A program made the translations under genes and the position numbers. A stretch of DNA of 64,000 nucleotides, from assembly GCA_000004695.1 (NCBI GenBank), contig CM000155.2, positions 640,001-704,000 of the forward strand. Direction: 5' to 3'. Source of the stretch: Dictyostelium discoideum. Its lineage: Eukaryota. Position 1 is the first letter of the stretch, and the number at the start of each line of letters is the position of its first letter. The notes under the pieces are model-generated. The model searched no databases. It was not told the origin of the DNA and worked only from the letters and a program-made list of their open reading frames with translations. Positions 28,198-41,216 of this stretch are shown one piece after another.

Positions 28198-31100
28198 GTA
28201 ATAATAGTTTTAACAATAATAAAAAAAATGAAGTTTCAATAGGAATAAGTGAAAATACAAATGAAAATAATAATAAAAATAATAATAATAATAATAACAA
28301 TAATGATGATTATAATGATGGTGCAGATGAAAGAGTTAAAACTGAAGAAGAAATTAAAAAAGAAGCTGAAAATGAATTAAATCAATCAGTACCATTTTTA
28401 TCATTATTTAGATTTGCCGATAATACAGACAAGGTTTTAATGTTTCTCGGTACAATTGCTGCAGTAATAAATGGTGCAGCAATGCCAACAGTCTCTTTGG
28501 TATTTGGTTTAGTAGTTGATGCATTTAAACCAACTCAATTTAATGATGACCCAAATTATGATATTTATGATACTGTAAGAAGTATAAGTTTTTATCTTTT
28601 AATGTTGGGTGGTGGTGTTTTTGTTTTATCATATTTAGAAACGACATTATGGTAATTATTTCTTTTTTTTTAAAAAAAAAAAAAAAAAAAACCAAAAATT
28701 AACTAATCACTTTTTTCCAATTTTTTTTTTCCAATTTTTTATTTTTATTATTTTTAAAATAAAAGGATGATTGCTGGTGAAAGACAAACAAGTAGAATTA
28801 GAAGGGAGTATTTAGAGTCAACATTAAGACAAGAAATTGGTTGGTTTGATACAAATAAAGCAAATGAATTATCATCAAGAATTAATTCGTAAGTTTATTT
28901 TATTTTTTTATTTTTTTTTATAAATTAATATTTTTTAAAAATATTAATTTTTATAAAATTAAAAAATAAATTAGTGATACAGTTTTATTTGAAGAAGCAA
29001 TTGGTGAAAAAGTTGGTAGATTTATTCATTTTTTTTCCACATTTGTTGCTGGTTTTGTAATTGGATTTACTAAAGGTTGGCAATTAACATTGGTAATTAC
29101 ATCAGTATCACCATTATTAGCAATTGGTGGATTTTTTACTGCAAAAATGATGACACAAATGACAAAACTTGGACAAGAAGCATATTCAAGAGCTGGTGGT
29201 GTTGCAGAGGAGAATATTGGGTCCATTAGAACGGTTGCAACATTTTCAGGTGAAAAATTAGCAATTGATAAGTATTCAAATAATTTAAAGGATGCAAGAA
29301 CCGTTGGATATAAGAGATCATTTTTCAATGGATTGGGTTTGGGTTTCGTTCAATTTGTAATATTGGGTACTTATGCATTGGCATTTTGGTATGGTTCAAC
29401 TTTGATTTCAAATAAAGTTACCAATTCAGTATCTGATAGACCATGGACTGGTGGTGATGTTGTATCGGTATTTTTTGCAGTTATTATTGGTGCAACATCC
29501 ATTGGTCAGGCATCACCATGTTTGGCACTATTTGCACAGGGTAGAGGTGCAGCTTATAAAATTTTCCAAGTTATTGATCGTCAATCAAAAGCAAACCCAT
29601 TCTCAACTCGTGGTATTAAACCAGAGACTTTAAGTGGTGAGATTGAATTTAAAGATGTTGGATTCCATTATCCATCAAGACCTGATGTACCAATTTTCAA
29701 TGGATTTAATCTAAAAATTAAACCAGGTCAAACTGTTGGTTTAGTTGGTGATAGTGGTGGTGGTAAATCAACTATAATATCATTGTTGGAACGTTTCTAT
29801 GATCCATGTCAAGGGGAGATCTTATTGGATGGAGAAGATATTAGAAAATTCAATGTCAGAGGGTTACGTCAAAAAATTGGTTTAGTCAATCAAGAGCCTG
29901 TATTATTCGCCACAACCATTAGTGAAAATATTCGTTATGGTAAAGAAGGTGCCACTCAAGATGAAATTGAAGAAGCAGCTAAATTAGCAAATGCCCATAG
30001 TTTTATATCACAATTACCACAGGGTTATAATACTTTGGTAGGTGAGAAAGGTGTCCAAATGTCTGGTGGTCAAAGACAACGTATAGCAATTGCTCGTGCC
30101 GTTATTAAAAATCCAAATATATTACTCTTGGATGAATCAACATCTGCATTGGATGCAGAGTCTACAAAATTAGTACAAGAGGCATTAGATGTTTTAATGA
30201 AAGGTCGTACTACAATTGTAATTGCACATAATTTATCAACCATTAGAAATGCTGATGTTATTATTTACATTAAAAAAGGTGTTGCCGTTGAAAGGGGTAC
30301 TCATGATGAATTGATGGCTAAACAAGGTTTGTACTTTGATTTAGTTGAAAAACAATCTCATCAACAAATGTATAATCTACTTGAAAATGGTACAAGATCA
30401 AGAAGATCAAGTACATTCTCAGCAGAGGTCAATCCATTATTGGATAGTTTCCATGTTTCAAAGAGATCTCTAAGAAAGAATGAATCAGAGTCAAATAAAA
30501 AAGATAAAGAAGATTCAAATAATAAAAAGAAAAAGAAATCAAATAAGAAAAAAGTTGAAGAAGTACCAATGTCACGTGTTGTTAAATATAATAGACCAGA
30601 GTTGGGATTATGGTGTTTTGGTTTCTTGTCAGCTGTTGGAACCGGTGCAGTTTATCCAGGATTTGCAATGGTTTTCACAGAGATGTTAACAATCTTTCAA
30701 AATCCTGATCCAAATTATCTAACGGATCATGCAAATTTCGTGGCATTAATGTTTGTGGCATTAGCAGTTGGTGCAGGTATTAGTAACTTTTTCCAAGGTT
30801 TCCTTTTCTCTGTTATTGGTGAAAAATTAACTTATCGTCTAAGACGTGATTGTTTCGCTGCAATTATGAGACAAGATGTCGGTTGGTTCGATTTACCAGA
30901 AAATTCAACAGGTAAATTAACATCACATCTTGCCACTGATGCAGCATTGGTCCAAGGTATGACTAGTCAAAGATTGGGTATTGTTTTACAAAATATTCTA
31001 ACAATGGTTGGTGGATTGGTTATTGCATTCTATTCGGGTTGGCAATTAACTTTGGTAATTATTGCATGTTTCCCATTGGTTGTTATCACTTCAAAGGTAC

Positions 31101-32401
31101 AAATGCAAATTTTAGCAGGCTTTTCATCAAAAGATGGTTGTGGTCCAGCTGGTCAAGTTGCATCCGAAGCAATATCGGGTATTAGAACAGTTGCATCATT
31201 CACAACCGAGAAACAAGTCGTAGAACTCTATAAGAAACAACAAAAAGGTCCATCATCTGAAGGTATTAAAAAAGCACATATTAGTGGTTTTGCATTTGGT
31301 TTCACTCAATTAATATTGTTTTGTGTTTATTGTTTATCATTTTGGTATGGTGGTAAATTGGTTGGATCTGGTGTTTTTGGTGCAACCGATAAAGAGATCT
31401 CTGATAATTGTACACCACAAACTATACCTTACCTTTGGAAAGATTATGATACTTGTGAACGTGCACAAAATACAATCTATGGTTTCAATTCAATGACTAG
31501 AGTTTTCTTTGCAATTGTTATGTCTGCAATTGGTGTTGGTCAAGCGTCATCATTTGCTCCAGATTTAGCAAAAGCCAAAGCAGCAGCTGTATCAGTTTTT
31601 AAATTATTAGATACTCCATCAAAGATTGACCCAACCACTGAAGATGGTGATAGAATTGATATTGTCGGTGGTGATATTGAATTCAAGAATTTACATTTCT
31701 CTTATCCAACCAGACCTGATAATAGCGTTTTTAGAGGCTTCACTTTAACTTTACAATCTGGTACTACCACTGCATTGGTTGGTGATAGTGGTGGTGGTAA
31801 ATCAACATGTCTATCATTATTACAAAGATTCTATAATCCAGTCGTGGGTGAAATCTTCATCGATGGTCATAATATAAAGAATCTAAATGTTCGTCATCTT
31901 AGACATCTCTTTGGTTTAGTTGGTCAAGAACCAACTCTATTCAGTGGTACAATTGCCGACAATATTCGTTATGGTAAGCATGATGCAACTCAAGAGGAGA
32001 TTGAAGAGGCTTCAAAATTATCAAATTCTCATTCATTCATCATTGATTTACCAAATGGTTATAACACAGAGTTGGGTGAGAAATACACTCAATTATCAGG
32101 TGGTCAAAAACAACGTATAGCAATTGCTCGTGCAATCATTCGTAATCCAAAGATTTTATTATTGGATGAGTCAACCTCTGCATTGGATGCTGATTCAACA
32201 AAATTAGTTCAAGAAGCACTAGAAAATGTTATGAAAGGTCGTACTACTATAGTCATCGCTCATAATTTACTAACAATTCAAAATGCAGATTGCATTGCCT
32301 ATGTTCGTGCTGGTCAAATCATTGAAAGAGGTACTCATGATGAGTTATTAGAAGCTGAAGGTCCTTATTCTCAATTATGGTATAATCAACAACAAAAATA
32401 A
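27903..32401 (+). CDS. ABC transporter B family (MDR/P-glycoprotein-like), full TMD-NBD-TMD-NBD; exons 27903..28651, 28766..28888 and 28975..32401
   Basis: Two NBDs with Walker A GDSGGGKST, signature LSGGQ(R/K)QRIAIARA and Walker B ILLLDESTSALD. TM blocks resemble ABCB1. Introns are TATG|GTAATT...AAAAG (the split W codon is restored) and AATTC|GTAAGT...AATTAG. The N-terminal 160 aa is an acidic, poly-N extension. Confidence 0.9.
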
Positions 32402-32552
32402 TAATAAAAATAAAAAAAAAATAAAAAAAAAAATAAACCAAAATAAATAAATAAAAAATATAAAGTGTTTTTAAAATCTGTATTATTAATTCATTCACAT
32501 AAATATATTTATTGGTGTATTTACAATTATTTTATTATTATTATTATTTGAT

Positions 32553-33128
32553 TTATTGATTTGCAATAGGATTTGCATGAATTGTAACAGATTTTAAAAT
32601 GATTTCATTTAAAGGTAAATCTTTATCATCAACGGGTACTTTTTCCATTAAATCTAAAACTTCAATACCTGCTATTATCTTTCCAAATACTGTATAAACT
32701 TTATTTAAACTTCTATGTTTTCCATATGTTATAAAAAATTGTGACCCATTTGTATCTGGTCCACTATTTGCCATTGATAAAATTCCACGTGTATTATGCT
32801 ATAATTATTATTATTATAATAAAATTTTAATATTTAATTTATAAATATATATAAATGTTGAACTAAAAAAATAAATTATTATAATTACTTTTAAATGTGA
32901 CGGAAATTCATCCTTAAATTGCTTTTTCCAAATACTTTCACCACCTCTACCTGTATTTGTTGGATCACCACCCTGTATCATAAATCCTTTAATGTTTCTA
33001 TGAAATATTGTGTTGTTATAATAGTTTGATGCACATAATGCTAAAAAATTTTCAGATGCTAAAGGAACTGAATCACAAAAAATTTCAACTTTAATATCTC
33101 CTAAACTTGTATGTAAAGTGACTGACAT
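32553..33128 (-). CDS. ppil3: Peptidyl-prolyl cis-trans isomerase-like 3 (cyclophilin PPIL3); exons 33128..32889 and 32798..32553
   Basis: Exon 1 [63 protein letters not shown] matches PPIL3 almost residue for residue. An AAA|GTAATT donor and 90 bp intron end in an ATAG acceptor. Exon 2 reads [27 protein letters not shown]... Confidence 0.85.
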
Positions 33129-33729
33129 TCTAAATATTTATTAATTTGTTTTTTTTTTTTTTTTTTTCTTTATTTCAACAAATGAAAAAACAATAGTGAA
33201 AAAAAAAAAATCAAAGAAAATTTAAAAATGAAATTTTTATTTTTTTTTTTATTTTTTTTTATTTTATTTTATTTTATTTCGCATAAAAGTAATAATTTAA
33301 AAGATTGTGATTGAAAATGACTGGGGGATAAGGGATTATTATAATTTGGTATTTAATTTATAAAAACAAAATATGTTGATCCTATGTTGTCTAATATTTT
33401 TTATTTTTTAGATCTATTTTTATTATTTTTTATTATTTTTTATTATTTTTTATTTTTTATTTTTTTTTTTAAATTTTATCACCATCTGTTTTTTTTTTAA
33501 CCCAAAAACTTTATTTTTAGAATTCAATTATTCGCCATTCATTTTTTGTAATTGAAGGGAATAAATTTTATTAAAAAAAATTGATTTTAATTTATTTATT
33601 TTTTTTTTTTTTTAAAAAAAGACAAATAGGTCAACAGAATATAAAATTTAAATTAAACAGTATTAATAAAAAAAAAAAAAAGTTGGAATAACAATTATAA
33701 TTTTATATTTATTTTATTTTTAATATTTT

Positions 33730-33769
<40 letters not shown>

Positions 33770-33795
33770 AAATTCGAATGATAAGAATATTTTAT

Positions 33796-35024
33796 TCAAT
33801 CAGCAGTTTTCTTTTCCTTGTCCGAAGTAGATAAATTCTTTAAAAGATCAAGCAATTCATCTGCACCATCACTACCATCTCCACCATTATCATCACTTTC
33901 ATCACTTTCATAATAGTTATCTGAATTGATTTCTGGTTTATATTTATCATCCCCAATATAAAATCTTCTATGTTTTCCAGAATCATAAAAAAACACATCG
34001 TCTTTATATGCTGATTTAATCTTTTCTTTATATACAAGAATTAGAGAATGATCATTATCATTCAGATCCATTTCACCATCAGTACAAACCATTCTTAATT
34101 TTTTTGCAATTATTTTGAAATCCTCCAAGATTTCATGTGATTTTTTGAAAACAAATTCCATTGGACTCTCACCATTCTCAATTTTCATTATTCCTGCCTT
34201 CTGTTGATGTTTATATCCCGTATATCTTTGATTGTTAAAAAAAATTCTTTTTTCCAAAGTGTATCCGGCAATAAATGGACTTTCGATAATATTATTCCTT
34301 GTTGGAATATGGTATGATACGTTGGATCATCTTTTTTAGTCTGAGAGATTATCAAATGTACCTTGTCACCCAATCTTTGAACTTTAGAACATGATAAACA
34401 GAAATCACTAATCAAATTAGGAAGACTTGGATCCATAAATGAACTTCTATCATGAGGCATTGACCAATATATTTTTGAATATCTTTCATTTGATTCATGT
34501 ATTTTTGTTGCATCTAATCCAAAAATAACAGTACATTCAGAAATTATTAAAAATTCAATATTTTTAATTGTCAACAAACAGTTATCACATTTTTTAACAT
34601 TATCTTCACAACATCCGTAGGTTGTAACTCCAGTTTTTATAAGTACATCCTTATGAACTTTAAATTTATTGTAAACTGTTTGGGAAATATATAAATCTGA
34701 AGCGGTTATTTTTAAAAATTTCCCATCATTTGTGTGATGATTTTGGTTATGTTTTTCCAATAAAGAAGTTGAAAATGAGAAATTTCCTTCGCCTACAAAT
34801 AAAATTTTATGATGTCTCTCTGCTTTACATTTCGAAAGTGGGGCTCTAGTTTGGAGGAAAAAAAAATAAAAAAAAAAAAAATAAAAATAATTTAAAATGA
34901 TAAATTCAAATTTAAAATAATTTGGAAATTAAATATTTTATTCTAATAATTACTTGGTTTCAGATTTAGACACTCTTTTAGAAATTTCAGATATTTTTTT
35001 TTTATTTGGTTGAGGTGTATACAT
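33796..35024 (-). pseudogene. DUF2431/BMT5-like putative methyltransferase, array copy 1, frameshifted; exon-1-like 35024..34954 and body 34845..33796
   Basis: Same two-exon layout as the intact copy: MYTPQPNKKKISEISKRVSKSETK then GTAATT intron, then APLSKCKAERHHKILFVGEGNFSFS.... The reading frame breaks near 34190-34260 because of a 7 bp deletion relative to copy 2 (CAAGG-A-ATAATATTATCG versus CAAGGCTGTGTATATAATATTATCG). This splits the body into ORFs 34188..34760 and 33796..34257. Confidence 0.6.
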
Positions 35025-35535
35025 TTTCAAATATATATATTTTATTTGATAGGTTGTTTTTTTAAAAAAAAAAAAAAAATTTTAGTTCATTGTTTTTTTT
35101 ATCTTATTTTTTTAAATTTTTTTTTTTTAATTTTTTTTTTTTAATTTTTTTAATTTATTTTATTATTTAAAATTGATTTATCAGGTCAATTTCATATAAA
35201 TTTCATAAAATTCTCAATAAAATTGGTTTGATTTTAAAATTAAAAAAAAAAAATTAAAAAAAAAAAAATTTTTTTAAAAATTTGATAAAAAAAACTTTAA
35301 TCAATAATTTTTATTTTTTTATTTTTTTTTATTTAAAATTGATTTGGGTGGTCTTTCGTATAAAAATAAACTTTAAAAAAAGAATGATCCAAATGTTTTT
35401 GAAATGATTAATTTAAAATAATTTTGAAATTAAATATTACTTGGTATCAGATTTAGACTCTCTTTTAAAAATTTCAATTTTTTTTTTAATTTGGTTGGGG
35501 TATATCTTAAAATATTTTATTTGATAGGTTGTTTG

Positions 35536-35584
<49 letters not shown>

Positions 35585-35931
35585 TTTTCAAAGTTTTTTT
35601 TTATATTATTTTTTAAATTTTTTTTTTTTTTTTATAATTAAAAATTGGTTTGTGTGCCAATTTCATATAATTCTCATAAAATTCTTAATAAAACTAATTT
35701 TTTTAAAACTCTCAATAAAATGGGTTTGTTTAAAATTAAAAAAAAAAAAAATTTTAAAAATAAGATAAAAAAAACTTATATTCATTTAAAATTGATTTGT
35801 TCTGTTAATTATAAAAATCTCATATGAAATTCTAAATAATAAAATAAATATATAAAAAAAAAAGAGTGATCCAGAATTCTACATTAGGAGCATTTGATGA
35901 TACAACTTTCTTTACCAAGGAAGGTTCGCCT

Positions 35932-36032
35932 GAGCCACTTTAGAAATTTGAGATCTGAAAAATTGAGACCACTTTGGGAATTTGAGATTTAAAAAATTGA
36001 GACCACTTTAGAAATTTGAGAATTAAAAAATT
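35932..36032 (+). repeat. 33-34 bp tandem repeat x3 (GAGACCACTTTAGAAATTTGAGATTTAAAAAATT)
   Basis: Three near-identical direct copies seen in sequence, inside the ectopic copy of the 41611..44151 gene tail. Confidence 0.8.
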
Positions 36033-36340
36033 TGAGATTTGAGTATCTAAAAGAAATCAAATTTGAAATTAAATTTACTCTTAATCATATTAAAAAAAAT
36101 TATTAACCAATGATTTTAATAAAATACCAAATGAATTCTCCAAACCAAAAGGGAAAAAAAAAAAAAAAAGTTGGAAATACAATTATAATTTCATTTTAAT
36201 TTTTTTTTTTATTTTTAAATTGAAACTTTTGGTTATGTTTTTTCAAAAATGATGTTGAAAATGAGAAATTTCCTTCACCTACAAATAATATTTTATGATG
36301 TCTCCCTGCTTTAAATTTTCGTAGTGGAGCTCTAATTTAG

Positions 36341-36394
<54 letters not shown>

Positions 36395-36970
36395 TAAAAT
36401 GATAAATTTAAAATAATTTGGAAATTAAATATTTAATTAAATAATTACTTGGTATCAGATTTAGATACTCTTTTTAGAAATTTTAAATATTTTTTTTTTT
36501 ATTTGGTTGAGGTGTATACATTTAAAATATAAATTTTATTTGATAGGTTGGTCAAAAAAAAAAAAAAAAAAAAAAAATTTTTTTTTTTATTTTTTAATCT
36601 TATTTATAGTGATGCCAAAAAGTTTTATTTTGGCTTAAGTTTTTAAAATTGATTTTTATAAATCTCATAAAATTCTCAATAAAATGGTGATTTAAATTTT
36701 TTTTAAATTAAATTTTTTTTTTTATTTTTTTTTTTTAATTTAAATTTTTTTTTTTTTTTTAATATTAATTTTTTTATTTTATTTTTTTTTTTTATTATAA
36801 AGCTCTAAAAATGAAGTTGGTATTTTAATTGATTTAAAAAATTTGAGATTTGAGGCAGTGTATAAAAGAAATCAAGTTTGAAATTAAATTAAAAAATTTA
36901 CTCTTAATCATATTGAAAAAAATTATTAACCAATGATTTTAATAAAATACCCAATGAATTCTCCTATCAG

Positions 36971-37004
<34 letters not shown>

Positions 37005-37352
37005 GAAAATACAATTCCAATTTCATTTTAATTTTTTTTTTTTTTTTATTATTAAATTGAAATGATAAGAATATTTTATTCATACATTAGTTTTCAATTG
37101 TTTTATTTTAAAATTGGTAAATTCTTAAAAAAAAAAAAAAAATAAATTAAAAAATAAAAATAAATTAAAAAATAAATTAAAAATAAAATTTTTTTTTTTT
37201 TTAATTTAAAAAAATAAGATAAAAAAAACTTTGATCAATTTTTTTTTTTTTTTATATTCATTCATTTAAAATTGATTTGTGTGGTAATTCATATAAATCT
37301 CATATAAAATAATTAATATTATATAAATTTAATATATTAAAAAAAAAAAAAA

Positions 37353-37943
37353 ATGAATGATTCAGATGTTTTTAAAATTTTACTAATTGGTGATTCAGCA
37401 GTTGGAAAAACATCGTTATTATTAAGATTTACAGATCCCAATAATTTTCAAGAGACTTCAGTAAATATGACTAGTGTTGATTATAAAAATAAAAATATAA
37501 CTATTGATGGAAGAACATTTAATTTACAAATTTGGGATACAGCAGGACAAGAGAGATTCAGAACAATTACATCATCTTTTTATAGAGGAGCACATGGTGT
37601 TTTAGTATGTTATGATGTCACTGATCAACTTACATATAATAACGTTGGGTTATGGATGCAAGAAATTCAAAGATATGGAGTACTTGGAGTTAGTAGAGTT
37701 TTAGTTGGAAACAAATGTGATCTCGAAGATAGAAAATTGGTTAACGCTTCAATTGCCCAAGAATACGCTGATATTCTCGGTATTCCATTCATTGAAACTT
37801 CTGCTACAACTGGTGTTAATGTAGAAGAGGCTTTCATGGCAATGGCAGATGAAATTTATAGAAATCATATAGGTGGCTCAAAACCTTCTGTTGTAAAACC
37901 AGTATGTGGAAGTCCTCCCCGCACGAAAAAAAATATTTGCTAA
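37353..37943 (+). CDS. Rab-family small GTPase, single exon
   Basis: GDSAVGKT (G1), WDTAGQE (G3), GNKCD (G4), ETSAT (G5). Rab-family motifs RFRTIT and YRGAHG are present. It lies inside the tandem array, 35 bp downstream of one copy of the ATTGATTTG... motif. Confidence 0.85.
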
Positions 37944-38056
37944 TTTTAAAGAAGAGTGGATAGAAGAAGGAGGGTTTTTGCCAATTATTTTAAAGTTTCA
38001 TATAATTGCAACATCAAAAAATAAATAAAAAAATATAAAATGTAAAATTTAAATGG

Positions 38057-38097
<41 letters not shown>

Positions 38098-38304
38098 AAA
38101 CTTTTTTTAGTTTTTTTAATCAATTCCTTATTTCTATTTAGTTTATTAATAGTTCTTTTTTTTTATTTTCATAATTATCTTATTTTTTTATTTTTTTTTA
38201 TTTAAAATATAGAACATATTTATATTTCAATAAATATGTTATATATGTTTCTTATTTTTATTAAATTGAAAAGATAAGAATATTTGATCCAAACAAAATT
38301 TTTC

Positions 38305-39554
38305 TTATAATTGTCTATTTTTGTCTGAAGTGGATAAATTCTTAAAATTATTGAAAAATGATTCATCTTCACTATCATCATGATTATCACCATGATCATC
38401 ATGATCATCATAATAGTCATCTGAGCCAAACTCTGGTTCATAATCATCATCTCCAATATAATAACGTCTATAGCCTTCTTTTTCATAATACCTTAATTTC
38501 TTATATGATGATTGAATCTTGGTTTCATATTTATTACTTATAACTTTATCATTTCCTTGAAGATCTATTTCCCCAACAGTTCTTAATTTTAAAGCAACAT
38601 TTTTGTATTTTTCTAAAACTTTTCCAGATTTTTTGAAAACAAATTCCATTCGATGTTTTCCATTCTCAACTTGGTCTGTTCCTTCTGTCTGTTGATGTTT
38701 ATATCCCTTATATCTTTGATCGTCAAAATAATATCTTTTTTCCAAAGTGTATCCAGCAATAAATGGGCTTTCGATAATATTATATACACAGCCTTGTTGG
38801 AATTCGGTATGATAGGTTTTTTTTCGATGTATCAAATTTTGAGAGATTATCAAATGTACCTTGTCACCCAATTTTTGTACTTGAGAACATGATAAACAGA
38901 AATCACTTATCAAATTAGGGAGACTTGGTGTTGAATATTTAGTTCTATCATGAGGCATTGACCAATATATTTTTGAATATTTTTCGGTTGATTCATGTAT
39001 TTTTTTTGCATCTAATCCAAAAATTACTTGGCAATCGAATTTTATTAAATAATTAATATTTTCAATTGTTAACAAACAGTTTTCACATTTTTTATCAGCT
39101 TTTGGTCCACAAAAATCTTCAGGACATTGGTATTTTTCAACTCCAGTTTCTTTAAGTACATATCCACAATCTTCGAATACTTTAAAAACAGTTTCACATA
39201 CAAATAAATCTGAAGCGGTTATTTTTAAAAGATTATTATCATTTGTGTGAAATTTTTGGTTATGTTTTTTCAATAAAGATGTTGAAAATGAGAAATTTCC
39301 TTCACCTACAAATAAAATTTTATGATGTCTCTCTTCTTTACATTTTGATAGTGGAGCTCTAATTTAGAAATAAAAAAAAAAAAAAAATAAAAAAAAAAAT
39401 AAAAAAAAAAAAAAAAAAAAAATAAATTTTTAATAATTAATTTTTAATAATTTGGAAATTAAATGTTTTAATTAAATAATTACTTTGTATCAGATTTAGA
39501 CACTCTATTAGAAATTTCAGATATTTTTTTTTTATTTGGTTGAGGTGTTAACAT
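38305..39554 (-). CDS. DUF2431/BMT5-like putative methyltransferase, intact array copy; exons 39554..39484 and 39358..38305
   Basis: Exon 1 MLTPQPNKKKISEISNRVSKSDTK ends in an ACAAA|GTAATT donor. A 125 bp intron ends in an AAATTAG acceptor. Exon 2 begins (K)APLSKCKEERHHKILFVGEGNFSFSTSLL, the hallmark N-terminus of the BMT5/DUF2431 family, and continues through KIYWSMPHDR and GDKVHLIISQ into an acidic YYDDHDDHGD tail. The ORF is uninterrupted. Confidence 0.65.
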
Positions 39555-40075
39555 TTTCAAATATATAAATATTTTATATGATAGGTTGATGAAAAAAAAA
39601 AATTTTTTTTAAAATAAGATAAAAAAACTTAAGGGTTCTAAAATAAAAAAAAAAAGCCAATAATTTTTTTTTTTTAATTTAATTTTATTCCAAATTGATT
39701 TGTCTGGCTAATTTCATCTAAATCTCATTTTGTTTTTATTAAAATTTCATTAAATTTTAAATAAAAAAAAAAAAATTAAAAAAAATAAGATCTAACCTTC
39801 GCGTTTTTTTTGAGGTTGCTTTTTTAAAATTTTGAATTTTTTTTTTTTTTTTTTCTTTTAAAATTTATCATATCATTACCATTTAAAACTTCAAATAATG
39901 ATTTGCACTTTGGGACCCACTATAATTTGTTCAAATAATTGTTTTGTTTCGAAAAAAAAAAAAATAAAAAAAAAAAAGGTTGGAAATACAATTATAATTT
40001 TATTTTATTTTAATTTTAATTTTTTTTAATTTTTTTTGCTTTTTTTATTAAATTGAAATGATATGAATCTTTGAT

Positions 40076-41051
40076 TCAGAGAGCAGTTTTCTTATAATTG
40101 TCTACTATTGTCTGAAGTGGATAAACTCTTAAAACTATTGAGAGATGATTCATATTCACTATATCAGAGTTGAATTGTGGTTGATAATCATCATCTCCAA
40201 TATAATAACGTCTAATGCCCTCTATATCAAAATACAATAAGTTATATGATGACTGAATCATGATTTTATATTCATTAATTCTATCTTCGTCATCTCCTAG
40301 AAGATCTATTATAAAAAATCTTCTAAATTTTGATGCAACATTTTTGTAATTTTCTAAAATTATACCAGATTTTTTGAAAACAAATTCCATTAGACCTACA
40401 CTATCAACTGTCATTGTTCCTTGTGTATTTTGATGTTTATATCCCTCATATCTATTATTCTTAAAATGAATTCTTTTTTCCAAAGTGTACCCAGCCTTCA
40501 ATAATATTGTAAACAATGCCTTGTTGGGATTGGGTATGAATGGCTGAATAATCATCTTTATAAACTTGAGCGATTATAAAATGTACCTTGTCACCCAATT
40601 TTTGTGCTTCAGAACATGATAAACAGAGATCACCAATCAAATGAGGAAGAGTTCCTTTTTTAAATGAACTATTAGGCATTGACCAATATTTTTGAATATT
40701 TTTCATTTGATTCATGTATTTTTCTTGCATCTAATCCAAAAATAACTTTGCATTGAGAATTTATTAAAAATTTAATATTTTCAATTGTCAACAAACAGTT
40801 TTCACTTTTATTATCATCTTTTGTTCCACAATATTCCTTAATACATTTGAAGATTTTAACTCCAGTTTCTTTAAGTACATCTCCACAATCTTTGAATTCA
40901 TTAAAAACAGTTTCACACACATAAATCTGAAGCGGTTATTTTTAAAAATTGATTATCATTTGTATAAAGATGTTGAAAATGAGAAATTTCCTTCACCAAC
41001 AAATAATATTTTATGATGTCTCTGCTTTACATTTTGGAATTTGATTTTTAA

Positions 41052-41087
<36 letters not shown>

Positions 41088-41216
41088 ATTTAAAATGGTT
41101 AATCTAAAATAATTTGGAAATTAAATATATTAATTAAATAACTACTTTGTATCAGATTTATAGACTGTTTTAGAAATTTCTGTTATAATTTCTATATCTG
41201 GTTGAGGTGTATTCAT
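40076..41216 (-). pseudogene. DUF2431/BMT5-like array copy 3, multiply frameshifted and internally deleted
   Basis: Homologous to copy 2 but split over ORFs 40672..40920, 40461..40730 and 40076..40555. The region after FSFSTSL is deleted. The exon-1-like segment at 41216..41146 reads MNTPQPDIEIITEISKTVYKSDTK. Confidence 0.6.

Noticed and set aside
29026-29633. Small ORFs 29026..29328(-) and 29451..29633(+) inside the ABCB gene
   Set aside because: They are embedded in, or antisense to, a strongly conserved ABC transporter exon.
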